Shown: positions 50,187-58,393 of the stretch, piece after piece
How the letters are laid out: every line of letters begins with the position of its first letter
Numbering within the stretch: the stretch's first letter is position 1
Assembly: GCA_003250355.1 (NCBI GenBank)
Contig: QKGS01000078.1
Location: 616 to 64,615, forward strand
Direction: 5' to 3'
DNA: 64,000 bases
DNA from: Bacteroidota bacterium
GTDB taxonomy: Bacteria > Bacteroidota > Bacteroidia > Bacteroidales > SZUA-534
Position numbers and translations under genes: made by a program
The notes under the pieces: generated by a model
Seen by the model: only the letters and a program-made list of their open reading frames with translations
Told to the model about the DNA's origin: nothing
The model's database searches: none

Positions 50187-50256
50187 TTCAAAAGTTCAAA
50201 TGAAAGGGGAATTAGTGAATTTGTTTGAGAATGCTTAATTGATATATGAAATTAAT

Positions 50257-50368
50257 CCCCAAAGGGGCGACATATATTAGCCCGGTGCGTAGCGCCGGGT
50301 ATGAGGTAGGAAAGCTGAAATTGTCGCAAGCAGTAGCGTTTATTTGAAATAGATTGAAACCATGCGAC
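50257..50368 (+). ncRNA. about 112-nt structured repeat element, copy 1 (candidate RNA motif, unassigned)
   Basis: Three hairpins: cccc-aaa-gggg; cccggtgc-gta-gcgccggg; and ttgtcgca...tgcgacga (8 bp). The same order, spacing and conserved loop AGCAG.AGCG recur at 53845..53958. Confidence 0.5.
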
Positions 50369-50492
50369 GAAAAGCTAAAAGTAATCTGATTCGTAAATTT
50401 TGCAAGACTTTTGTTTCTTTTGAGACCAAAAGAAATATAAAGAAAAATGAAAGCCTTGTAATATTATTGAGTCATACAGAAAATAAGAGAAA

Positions 50493-51020
50493 TTGATAAC
50501 ATTCATACGTCATACAAGTGTTAATTTTCCGCAGGGAATATGCTACGGAGCTACCGATGTTCCTGTTGCCGAATCATTTTTCGATGAAGCTCAGGCAATA
50601 AAAAACAGCATTCGTGAATCAACATTTCATGAAGTATGGGTTAGTCCTTTATCACGTTGTACTAAGTTAGCTGATTCATTATTTGGGCTTGAGGGATATA
50701 AGGTTGATAATAGGTTAAAGGAGCTGAATTTCGGAGAGTGGGAGAAAGTTCCATGGAAGAATATTTACAATATGGAATATGGCAAACACTGGATGGATAA
50801 CTACGCCGCTGCCCGCTGCCCCAATGGTGAATCATTTATGGATCAAATATCGAGAGTAAAATCATTCTATGCCGATAAAGTAAACGGGAACAATAAAAAT
50901 ATAGCCATAATAACACATGCCGGGGTAATTCGTGCATTTTTATGTTATTTAAAGCAAATATCACCCTACGAAGCATTTGAACACAAAATAGGGTATGGAG
51001 AAGTGATGGAGGTAGCGTAG
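50493..51020 (+). CDS. cobC: alpha-ribazole phosphatase (histidine phosphatase family)
   Basis: ITFIRHTSVN...CYGATDVPV and a later ITHAGVIRA motif. An apparent TTG start. Confidence 0.8.
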   Translation: MITFIRHTSVNFPQGICYGATDVPVAESFFDEAQAIKNSIRESTFHEVWVSPLSRCTKLADSLFGLEGYKVDNRLKELNFGEWEKVPWKNIYNMEYGKHWMDNYAAARCPNGESFMDQISRVKSFYADKVNGNNKNIAIITHAGVIRAFLCYLKQISPYEAFEHKIGYGEVMEVA

Positions 51021-51040
51021 AGACAAGGCATGCCTTGTCT
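51021..51040 (+). other. perfect 20-nt palindrome/hairpin directly after the cobC stop
   Basis: agacaaggcatgccttgtct with no clear U-tract. Probably an intercistronic RNA hairpin rather than a terminator. Confidence 0.5.
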
Positions 51041-51160
51041 TGTCTGTACATTCTGGTATCCAGTTCCGGTATTTGTATAGGAAAACCTGACAGTTTTTTT
51101 ATAACCAGTCAGGTCTGGTAAAACAGAAGAGAATAAGAAAAAAAGAGGATATTAGAGGTT

Positions 51161-52648
51161 ATGAAGAATATACAAAATAAAGTAGCTCCCGTAATGTTCG
51201 TAGGAACAGGGTCTGACGTTGGAAAGAGTGTTGTAAATGCAGCATACTGCCGCATATTGTTACAAGACGGTTTTGCACCGGCACCGTTTAAGGCGCAGAA
51301 TATGTCGCTCAATAGCTTTGCTACCCCCGAGGGGCTTGAAATAGGCAGGGCTCAGGCAGTACAAGCCGAAGCGTGCGGTATTCCTTGCTCTGTCGATATG
51401 AACCCCGTACTGCTAAAACCGGTAAGCAACCAAACTGCTCAGGTTGTGTTAAACGGCAAACCTATTGGTAACCAATCGGCAAAAGAGTACTTTCTTGGAA
51501 CCGACCGCGATTATATTTTCGCCCAGGCAAAAAATGCTTTCGACCGCCTTGCGGCAAAATATCATCCCATAGTATTGGAAGGTGCAGGAAGTATATCGGA
51601 GCTGAATCTTAGAAGCAAAGATATTGTTAATATGCGTATGGCAATAGCCACACAAGCTGCCACATTCCTTATTGCCGATATTGACCGTGGCGGTGTATTT
51701 GGCAGTGTTTACGGAACTATTAAGTTACTTGAACCCGAAGAGCGCGCCAGAATTAAGGGTATTATCATAAACAAATTTCGCGGCGATATCGACCTGTTTA
51801 AAGATGGGCGAAAAATGCTCGAAGAACTTACCGGAGTACCTGTGGTTGCAATACTTCCATATTTCACCGATATTAAAATTGAGCAGGAAGATTCTGTTGT
51901 AGTTGACAACTATATGGGGCGTACCGAACAAGGCAAACTCAATATTGCAGTAGTGTTGCTTCGTCATATGAGTAATTTCACTGATTTCAATGCAATGGAA
52001 AAAGTTCCCGGAGTACACCTATTTTATACTGCCGACCCTGTTGAGATTGAAAAAGCCGATGTTGTAATTATTCCCGGCTCTAAAAATACAATATTCGATA
52101 TGCTCGATATTCGCAAAAAAGGGATAGCCAAAGCTATACTCAATGCTCACCATAGCGGAAAGGCAGTATACGGCATTTGCGGAGGCTACCAAATAATGGG
52201 TACCCAAATAAACGACCCTTATGGAATGGAAGGCGATACTCAATCTATCCCCGGATTGGGAATACTCCCTGTTAATACTATCCTGAGTAAAGAAAAAGTT
52301 ACAGAGCAGTGTACATTTACCTTTCAAGGTTATGAACAAAAATGCGAAGGATACGAAATACATATGGGACAAACCCAACGCCTTGGCGGTACTGCCGTAT
52401 GCAATATTAACGGCAAAGAGGGCGACGGTTGTTTCTTAAACCCCCAAACATGGGGAACATACATACACGGTATACTCGATAACAAAGCCGTTATTGATTA
52501 TATTCTTGAACACAACGGAGTAACAGAGCGAACAGAGGCATTTGATTATGCAGCATTCAAGGAAGAGCAATACAACAAACTTGCCGATCATGTGCGCGCA
52601 AATACCGATATGGAGTTGTTTTATGACTTGATAAAGGTTGAAGGGTAG
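51161..52648 (+). CDS. cobQ: cobyric acid synthase
   Basis: MFVGTGSDVGKS, FKAQNMSLNS and INKFRGD motifs, plus a C-terminal GATase with ICGGYQIMG and H..IHG. Confidence 0.92.
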   Translation: MKNIQNKVAPVMFVGTGSDVGKSVVNAAYCRILLQDGFAPAPFKAQNMSLNSFATPEGLEIGRAQAVQAEACGIPCSVDMNPVLLKPVSNQTAQVVLNGKPIGNQSAKEYFLGTDRDYIFAQAKNAFDRLAAKYHPIVLEGAGSISELNLRSKDIVNMRMAIATQAATFLIADIDRGGVFGSVYGTIKLLEPEERARIKGIIINKFRGDIDLFKDGRKMLEELTGVPVVAILPYFTDIKIEQEDSVVVDNYMGRTEQGKLNIAVVLLRHMSNFTDFNAMEKVPGVHLFYTADPVEIEKADVVIIPGSKNTIFDMLDIRKKGIAKAILNAHHSGKAVYGICGGYQIMGTQINDPYGMEGDTQSIPGLGILPVNTILSKEKVTEQCTFTFQGYEQKCEGYEIHMGQTQRLGGTAVCNINGKEGDGCFLNPQTWGTYIHGILDNKAVIDYILEHNGVTERTEAFDYAAFKEEQYNKLADHVRANTDMELFYDLIKVEG

Positions 52649-52736
52649 GTTGAAGGGTTACAGGTTACAAGAATACTGGAGACTGGAGACTGTTACAAGT
52701 ATCAAGTTGCAGATTACACGTTTTTGCATAATTCAT
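52634..52736. repeat. right copy of the inverted repeat pair (partner 43363..43466)
   Basis: ggttgaaggg x2, ggttacag/gttacaag, actggag x2, then tacaagtatcaagttgcagattacacgttttt (52694-52725). It begins inside the last codons of cobQ. Confidence 0.9.
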
Positions 52737-52761
52737 AATTCAAATTATATATTTATAATAA

Positions 52762-53787
52762 ATGTTACACGGTCACGGAAACGATAAATACAAGTACAGC
52801 AAAGCAATAGTTGCCGATTTTAGTTCAAATGTATGGTTCGAGGGGACACCAAAAGCTCTTACCAATTATTTGGTTCAAAATATCAATACAATATCGGAAT
52901 ACCCCGAACCCGATGCCGGCTCCCTTGCCACCAATATTGAACAACATTACAACCTGTCGAAAGGGGCTTGTATGGTTACTAACGGTACCGCCGAAGCCTT
53001 CTATGTTATAGCCCGCTATTTCGAAAAAAAATCGTCGACAGTAGTAATACCATCATTTGCCGAATACGAAGATGCGGTTAGGTTCAACAATCATAAAATA
53101 AGCTTCGTAATGAACGGAACTTTGAGTGCCGATTCCACTTTCAACACCGATATGGTATGGCTGGGTAACCCCAACAACCCCGACGGTAAAGTGCTTAGCT
53201 ACCAAACCATTCAAACATGGCTGCGCAACAATGGTAACACTATATTTATAATTGACGAAGCTTATGCCGACCTTTGTATAGGCTACAATTCTGTAATTCC
53301 GCTTATTAACGAACACCAAAACCTGATAGTTATAAAATCGTACACCAAGTCGTTTGCCATTCCGGGACTCCGATTGGGGGTTATATTGGCTCATGCCGGA
53401 TTTATCGATAAATTCAAGTTTTACATGATTCCGTGGTCGGTAAATTCACTTGCTCAACAAGCCGGTAAATACATAATACGAAACTACAATTCACTGTTGT
53501 TCAGTGCTGAACTTATGAATAAGCTTTCGCAAAATATGCAGCAAGCCCTTTCGGAAAATACAAGTCTGGAGCTTACTCCTTCGCAATGCAACTATTTTCT
53601 TCTGAAACTCAAAGTTGGCGACAGTTTGGGGTTAAAACAGTGGCTTATTAATAACCACGGCTATCTTATTCGCGATGCATCGAATTTCAGAGGACTATCG
53701 ACACAGCACTTTAGAGTTGCAATACAAGACGAAGAATTGAACAATAAACTTGTTGAGGCAATCAGGGAGTTTTGTGGGAGTATATAG
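52762..53787 (+). CDS. cobD: threonine-phosphate decarboxylase (class I/II aminotransferase fold)
   Basis: MLHGHGND N-terminus, NPNNPDG, DEAYADL and SYTKSFAIPGLRLG (PLP lysine). Located in a cob gene context. Confidence 0.8.
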   Translation: MLHGHGNDKYKYSKAIVADFSSNVWFEGTPKALTNYLVQNINTISEYPEPDAGSLATNIEQHYNLSKGACMVTNGTAEAFYVIARYFEKKSSTVVIPSFAEYEDAVRFNNHKISFVMNGTLSADSTFNTDMVWLGNPNNPDGKVLSYQTIQTWLRNNGNTIFIIDEAYADLCIGYNSVIPLINEHQNLIVIKSYTKSFAIPGLRLGVILAHAGFIDKFKFYMIPWSVNSLAQQAGKYIIRNYNSLLFSAELMNKLSQNMQQALSENTSLELTPSQCNYFLLKLKVGDSLGLKQWLINNHGYLIRDASNFRGLSTQHFRVAIQDEELNNKLVEAIREFCGSI

Positions 53788-53844
53788 ATGCTGGACACAG
53801 TATTCTGGATTCGTGACATTGGACACTTGATGGCAGGTTTAAAG

Positions 53845-53958
53845 CCCCAAGGGGGCGATATATAATAGCCCGGTGCGAAGCGCCGGGTGATAATACGAAT
53901 TAAAAAAGCGATGCAAGCAGAGCGGTATCTTTGAAAGAACAAAGTTATTATGCATCGC
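53845..53958 (+). ncRNA. about 112-nt structured repeat element, copy 2
   Basis: cccc-aa-ggggg; cccggtgc-gaa-gcgccggg; gcgatgca...tgcatcgc (8 bp). Relative to copy 1, the third stem changes at 4 paired positions while keeping complementarity. Confidence 0.5.
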
Positions 53959-53997
53959 AACTATACAAACTATAATTATTTTGAAAAACACTAATAA

Positions 53998-54939
53998 TTG
54001 GAAACAATATTAAATATTACACTACAAGTACCGGCACTAGCCCTCATAATTGGCTTCATCCTCGATACTATAATCGGCGACCCTTACAAAATGCCTCACC
54101 CTATAAAATTATTCGGTAACCTTATTGCAGCATTTGAGCGCAAGCTGAATGAAGGCAAAGAAAAATTTTTAAAAGGGGTGATATCAACCCTGATCCTCGT
54201 TTCATCAGTATGGATATTCTTTTATTTTTTGCTGAAAATAATATCCCCATACCCTATTGCAACACTAGTTGTAACCTCTGTTTTCGTATTTTACGGAATC
54301 GCTAACCATATGCTCATTAAAGAAGGGCTGAAAGTAGAAAAAGCCTTGCGTAACCAAGGATTAGATGCAGGTAGGAAAGCTGTATCAATGATAGTAGGGC
54401 GAGAAACAGGTAAGCTTACCACAAATCAAATACGTAAAGCGGTATTGGAAACCATTTCCGAAAATTTGAGCGACGGTGTTATTGCACCGCTCTTTTACTA
54501 TGCCTTAGGCGGTATCCCGGCCATGATGGCATACAAAATGATAAACACCCTCGATTCAATGATAGGATATAAAAATGACCGATACAAGGAGTTTGGGTAT
54601 TTTGCCGCTAAGCTCGATGATGTGGCTAACTTTATTCCGGCCCGCATTACCGCACTGTTAATGGTAGCAATTACATTTAGCCTGCGCGGGTTAAAGTTTA
54701 TATTCAAATACGGCAACAAACATTCAAGCCCCAATGCCGGATACCCCGAAGCAGCTTTGGCAGGAATAATAAATGTACAATTTGGCGGACCAAATTATTA
54801 CCATGGCAAACTGGTTGAAAAACCGTATATAGGCTCTAACGAACAAGATATTACTCCAGCCCATATATTTAAGGCTTCGACAATAAACTTTGCTGTTTCT
54901 GTTGTAGCCGTAGTTATAATTATATTATTATTAAATTAA
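53998..54939 (+). CDS. cbiB: adenosylcobinamide-phosphate synthase
   Basis: LDTIIGDP...PHPIKLFG, SENLSDGVIAPLFY, SPNAGYPEAA and GGPNYYHG motifs. An apparent TTG start. Confidence 0.88.
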   Translation: METILNITLQVPALALIIGFILDTIIGDPYKMPHPIKLFGNLIAAFERKLNEGKEKFLKGVISTLILVSSVWIFFYFLLKIISPYPIATLVVTSVFVFYGIANHMLIKEGLKVEKALRNQGLDAGRKAVSMIVGRETGKLTTNQIRKAVLETISENLSDGVIAPLFYYALGGIPAMMAYKMINTLDSMIGYKNDRYKEFGYFAAKLDDVANFIPARITALLMVAITFSLRGLKFIFKYGNKHSSPNAGYPEAALAGIINVQFGGPNYYHGKLVEKPYIGSNEQDITPAHIFKASTINFAVSVVAVVIIILLLN

Positions 54940-55067
54940 AGTAAAATAAAAACCACCCTATACACTCTTTAAGTCATTATTTTAAAAGTAACATAACATT
55001 TACGCAACATTATAAACAGAGTTTAAAAATACTTTTGGAGCATATTTTAAATAATGCTTTAAATAAG

Positions 55068-56969
55068 ATGGTTCATAAACTACGGTTTCGTTTATTATTA
55101 GTTTTTATTGGGTTTGGAGTTGTAAACATTTTAGTAGTGCTGATATACATATTTATGGATCAGCGAAAAAACAGTATTGAAAAAGTAGATAATCACATAC
55201 ACGAAATAGAGCTGAAAGTGTATGAGTGCAACAGCCATATCAACGATTTTTTCACTTACGACACCCGCCAATCAGCATATTTTGAAACAGGCAAAAGTAT
55301 ATACCTAAACAAGCATAACATAACTGTTCAACAGATAGATAGCTTAAAAAACACTCTGCTAAAAATGCCTGAGAGCAAAAAAATAGAAAGATGGGCTACC
55401 CTTAATGATATTTCTGCAAATTTTGATTCCCTAACACATATAGTTGAGCAAATATCACATAACATATACCTACGAGGATTTAAAGATTATGGTATTGAGG
55501 GAACTATGCGAAACCATGCCCATAAACTTGAAAATATTAGTGAAGTTCCATTAAGCGATTTACTTATGCTTAGGCGAAATGAAAAGGATTATATTATAAG
55601 GAATGAGCCAAAATATATTTCGAGTTTTAATAAAAATATAACTAACCTGAAATCAGCAATACAAACAGATACCGGGATACAAATAAAAAAACGTTCAGCA
55701 ATAGTAGCCGAGTTGCAAGAGTATCAAAATGCATTTAATAAAATGGTTTACTATGATAAGATAATTGGAATAAAGGATAACTCAGGTTTGAAAGCCGAAT
55801 TAGAGCGAATAAATTCAAAAATATTGAATGATATGCAAATACTTAGTTCCGGTTGCAATGAGTACAAGTCAGGTATATATCTATATTTCAGCTTGCTAAC
55901 TACTTTTGTTCTTTGTGCCTGTATTATTATTTCATTAATATTAAGTGTAAAAATTTCAAAAATAGTAACCACTCGTATATCGTTATTATCCAACAATATA
56001 TCAGCTTTCATCAATAGTAATTTTACAATAATTGAAAAAGTTGCAGTAAAAACTAAAAACGACGAAGTAGGTGTACTTATTGAAAATTTTGAGTTTCTGA
56101 AACAAAATATTTGTGAACAGATAAGGAACTTAGAAGTTAAAGTTGCCTCACGAACCGAAGAGATAAATGTGCAGAAAGAGCAATTGTTTCAACAGAATTT
56201 AAAAATTACCGATAGTGTACGTTGCGCATTGAACATACAGGAGTCAATATTACCCGACAAATATTATATAAGTGAAACTTACCCCGAGCACTTTATTTTT
56301 TATAAGCCTAAAGATATAGTAAGTGGCGATTTTTATTGGTACAAAAGGGTTAAAACCGATAAAAATAATTATTCAATTATAGTAGTTGCCGATTGTACCG
56401 GTCATGGTGTTCCCGGAGCGTTTATGAGTATGCTGGGTATCTCTATTTTAAATGAGATAACCGCCAAAAACAGAAAACCCGATAGTGCCGAACTGCTTAA
56501 TACATTAAGGATAAAAGTACTTGATAGTTTTGGCGGGTGTCGCGAAGTAGGAAAAACATATACCGGAATGGATTTGGGGTTAGTAATAGTTGATCACAAT
56601 TCAAAATCGTTTCAGTTTTCAGGAGCCTTTCGCGATTTATTATTAATTAAAAACGGAGAGCCTATACGAATAAGAGGTAACAGAATGCCAATAGGAAGAT
56701 ATATAAAAGGAAATAATGCCTTTTCAGCAGAACAACTTAACTACGAAACAGGTGATTCATTTTATATGTTTACCGATGGCTTCTCTGACCAGTTTGGAGG
56801 TAAAAAAAATCAAAAATACTTGCGTAAACGCTTTTATGATTTTTTACTCAATATTCGTAATGAATCGTTTAGTAATCAAAAAGTATTAATTGAGAAAGAG
56901 TTAAACACATGGATGGGTAATACAGACCAAACCGACGATATTTTAGTAGCCGGGTTTAAGCTTTCATAG
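55068..56969 (+). CDS. membrane sensor with SpoIIE/PP2C serine phosphatase output
   Basis: N-terminal TM, an extracytoplasmic region of about 250 aa, a second TM, a HAMP-like segment and coiled coil, then SGDFYWY, ADCTGHGVPGAFMSMLG, DGFSDQFGG and DDILVAG. Confidence 0.85.
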   Translation: MVHKLRFRLLLVFIGFGVVNILVVLIYIFMDQRKNSIEKVDNHIHEIELKVYECNSHINDFFTYDTRQSAYFETGKSIYLNKHNITVQQIDSLKNTLLKMPESKKIERWATLNDISANFDSLTHIVEQISHNIYLRGFKDYGIEGTMRNHAHKLENISEVPLSDLLMLRRNEKDYIIRNEPKYISSFNKNITNLKSAIQTDTGIQIKKRSAIVAELQEYQNAFNKMVYYDKIIGIKDNSGLKAELERINSKILNDMQILSSGCNEYKSGIYLYFSLLTTFVLCACIIISLILSVKISKIVTTRISLLSNNISAFINSNFTIIEKVAVKTKNDEVGVLIENFEFLKQNICEQIRNLEVKVASRTEEINVQKEQLFQQNLKITDSVRCALNIQESILPDKYYISETYPEHFIFYKPKDIVSGDFYWYKRVKTDKNNYSIIVVADCTGHGVPGAFMSMLGISILNEITAKNRKPDSAELLNTLRIKVLDSFGGCREVGKTYTGMDLGLVIVDHNSKSFQFSGAFRDLLLIKNGEPIRIRGNRMPIGRYIKGNNAFSAEQLNYETGDSFYMFTDGFSDQFGGKKNQKYLRKRFYDFLLNIRNESFSNQKVLIEKELNTWMGNTDQTDDILVAGFKLS

Positions 56970-56981
56970 CAATTGTAAATT

Positions 56982-57629
56982 CTACTCACTAAAAGCATAG
57001 CTAATAATATTGGCTCCCATTTGCAGAGCCTTTGTTCGTGTTGCCTCTGAGTTGTTGTGAACTTCGTAGTCTTCCCAGCCATCGCCAAGGTCGCATTCGT
57101 ATGAGTAAAAACATACTAATCGGCCATTTATGATAATACCAAAACCCTGCGGCGGCTTATTGTCATGTTCGTGAATTTTTGGTAATCCGTTATTAAAAAT
57201 ATATGGTTTTGAATATATTTTGTGGTCAAACGGAAGTTCAACAAATTCATTATCCGGAAACACTTTTTTCATTTCACGGCGAATAAATTCATTCATACCG
57301 TAATTGTCGTCTATGTGAATAAAGCCGCCGGCTTCGAGATAAGTTCTCAGGTTGATAACATCGGTTTGTGAAAAAAGTACATTTCCATGCCCGGTCATGT
57401 GAATAAAAGGGTAATTGAATATTTCGGCACTACCGGCTTCAATAGTAACCGGTTCGGGATTTATATTGGTTTTAATTTTGCTATTGCAAAATTTTATCAG
57501 ATTTGGTAACGAGGTAGGGTTAGCATACCAGTCGCCGCCACCGCTATATTTTAATAACCCAATTTTTACCGGTTGTGAAAATACTGATAAAGAAAGAAAA
57601 AGAGCTGTAAAAAAGGGAGTTATCCTCAT
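56982..57629 (-). CDS. DUF4159 domain protein
   Basis: Signal peptide followed by IGLLKYSGGGDWYANPTSLPNL and FIHMTGHG motifs, as I recall them for DUF4159. Confidence 0.6.
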   Translation of the reverse strand: MRITPFFTALFLSLSVFSQPVKIGLLKYSGGGDWYANPTSLPNLIKFCNSKIKTNINPEPVTIEAGSAEIFNYPFIHMTGHGNVLFSQTDVINLRTYLEAGGFIHIDDNYGMNEFIRREMKKVFPDNEFVELPFDHKIYSKPYIFNNGLPKIHEHDNKPPQGFGIIINGRLVCFYSYECDLGDGWEDYEVHNNSEATRTKALQMGANIISYAFSE

Positions 57630-58333
57630 TATTCATCTTTCAAAAGGTTAACAGTATGACAGGCTACTATACCTGCGGTTTCGGTTCTTAAACGGCTTTT
57701 GCCTAAGTGTATCTCATTATATCCCATATCAATTGCAAGAGCAACCTCTTCGGGCGAAAAATCGCCTTCAGGACCTATAAGAATAGTAATATCGTTTTGT
57801 TCTTTAATTGCATTTTTGAGAGATGGTTTAGGAGTGTCGCCACAGTGTGCAATTAGCTTGCACATAGAATCGTTTTGATTTACAAAATCGGTAAAATTGG
57901 TTAATTCATTTAGCACCGGTATATATGCTTTAACCGATTGTTTGCAGGCCGAAAGAATTATTTTTTCAAGACGTTCAGGCTTTATTTGCTTTCGTTCCGA
58001 GCGTTGACAAAGTATTGGTGTTATTTCATCAACACCTATTTCGGTAGCTTTCTCCAGAAACCACTCAAGGCGTTCTATATTTTTAGTAGGAGCTATTGCA
58101 ATATGCACCTTAAAGCTTCTGCGGCCGTATTGTTCTATTTTTTCAATTATTCTTATAATAGTTTTTTTAGTATCAACCTCATCGGCTATTCCGTAATATA
58201 AGCCACCTTTACCGTCAATAAGAACAACTTCGTCGCCGGGTTGCATACGTAATACTTTGGCAGCGTGTTTCGATTCTTCGTCTGATAGCTGATACGTTAT
58301 TTTTTTTAGGTTGGGTGCAAAAAATACCTGCAT
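57629..58333 (-). CDS. rsmE: 16S rRNA (uracil1498-N3)-methyltransferase
   Basis: HAAKVLRMQPGD PUA-like N-terminus, KNIERLEWFLEKATEIGV, ILIGPEGDFS and LGKSRLRTETA. Confidence 0.9.
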   Translation of the reverse strand: MQVFFAPNLKKITYQLSDEESKHAAKVLRMQPGDEVVLIDGKGGLYYGIADEVDTKKTIIRIIEKIEQYGRRSFKVHIAIAPTKNIERLEWFLEKATEIGVDEITPILCQRSERKQIKPERLEKIILSACKQSVKAYIPVLNELTNFTDFVNQNDSMCKLIAHCGDTPKPSLKNAIKEQNDITILIGPEGDFSPEEVALAIDMGYNEIHLGKSRLRTETAGIVACHTVNLLKDE

Positions 58334-58393
58334 GATTATATTTTATATTTTGAGCGGTAAATATAATAAAAGTTATATATGAACCTTATTGTA

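Noticed and set aside
43363-52736. Programmed invertible segment (shufflon/invertase switch) bounded by the 40/43-nt inverted repeats
   Set aside because: No recombinase or invertase gene is inside or adjacent, and inversion would put the whole cob block antisense to its flanking operon genes. I kept it only as a testable possibility in the findings.
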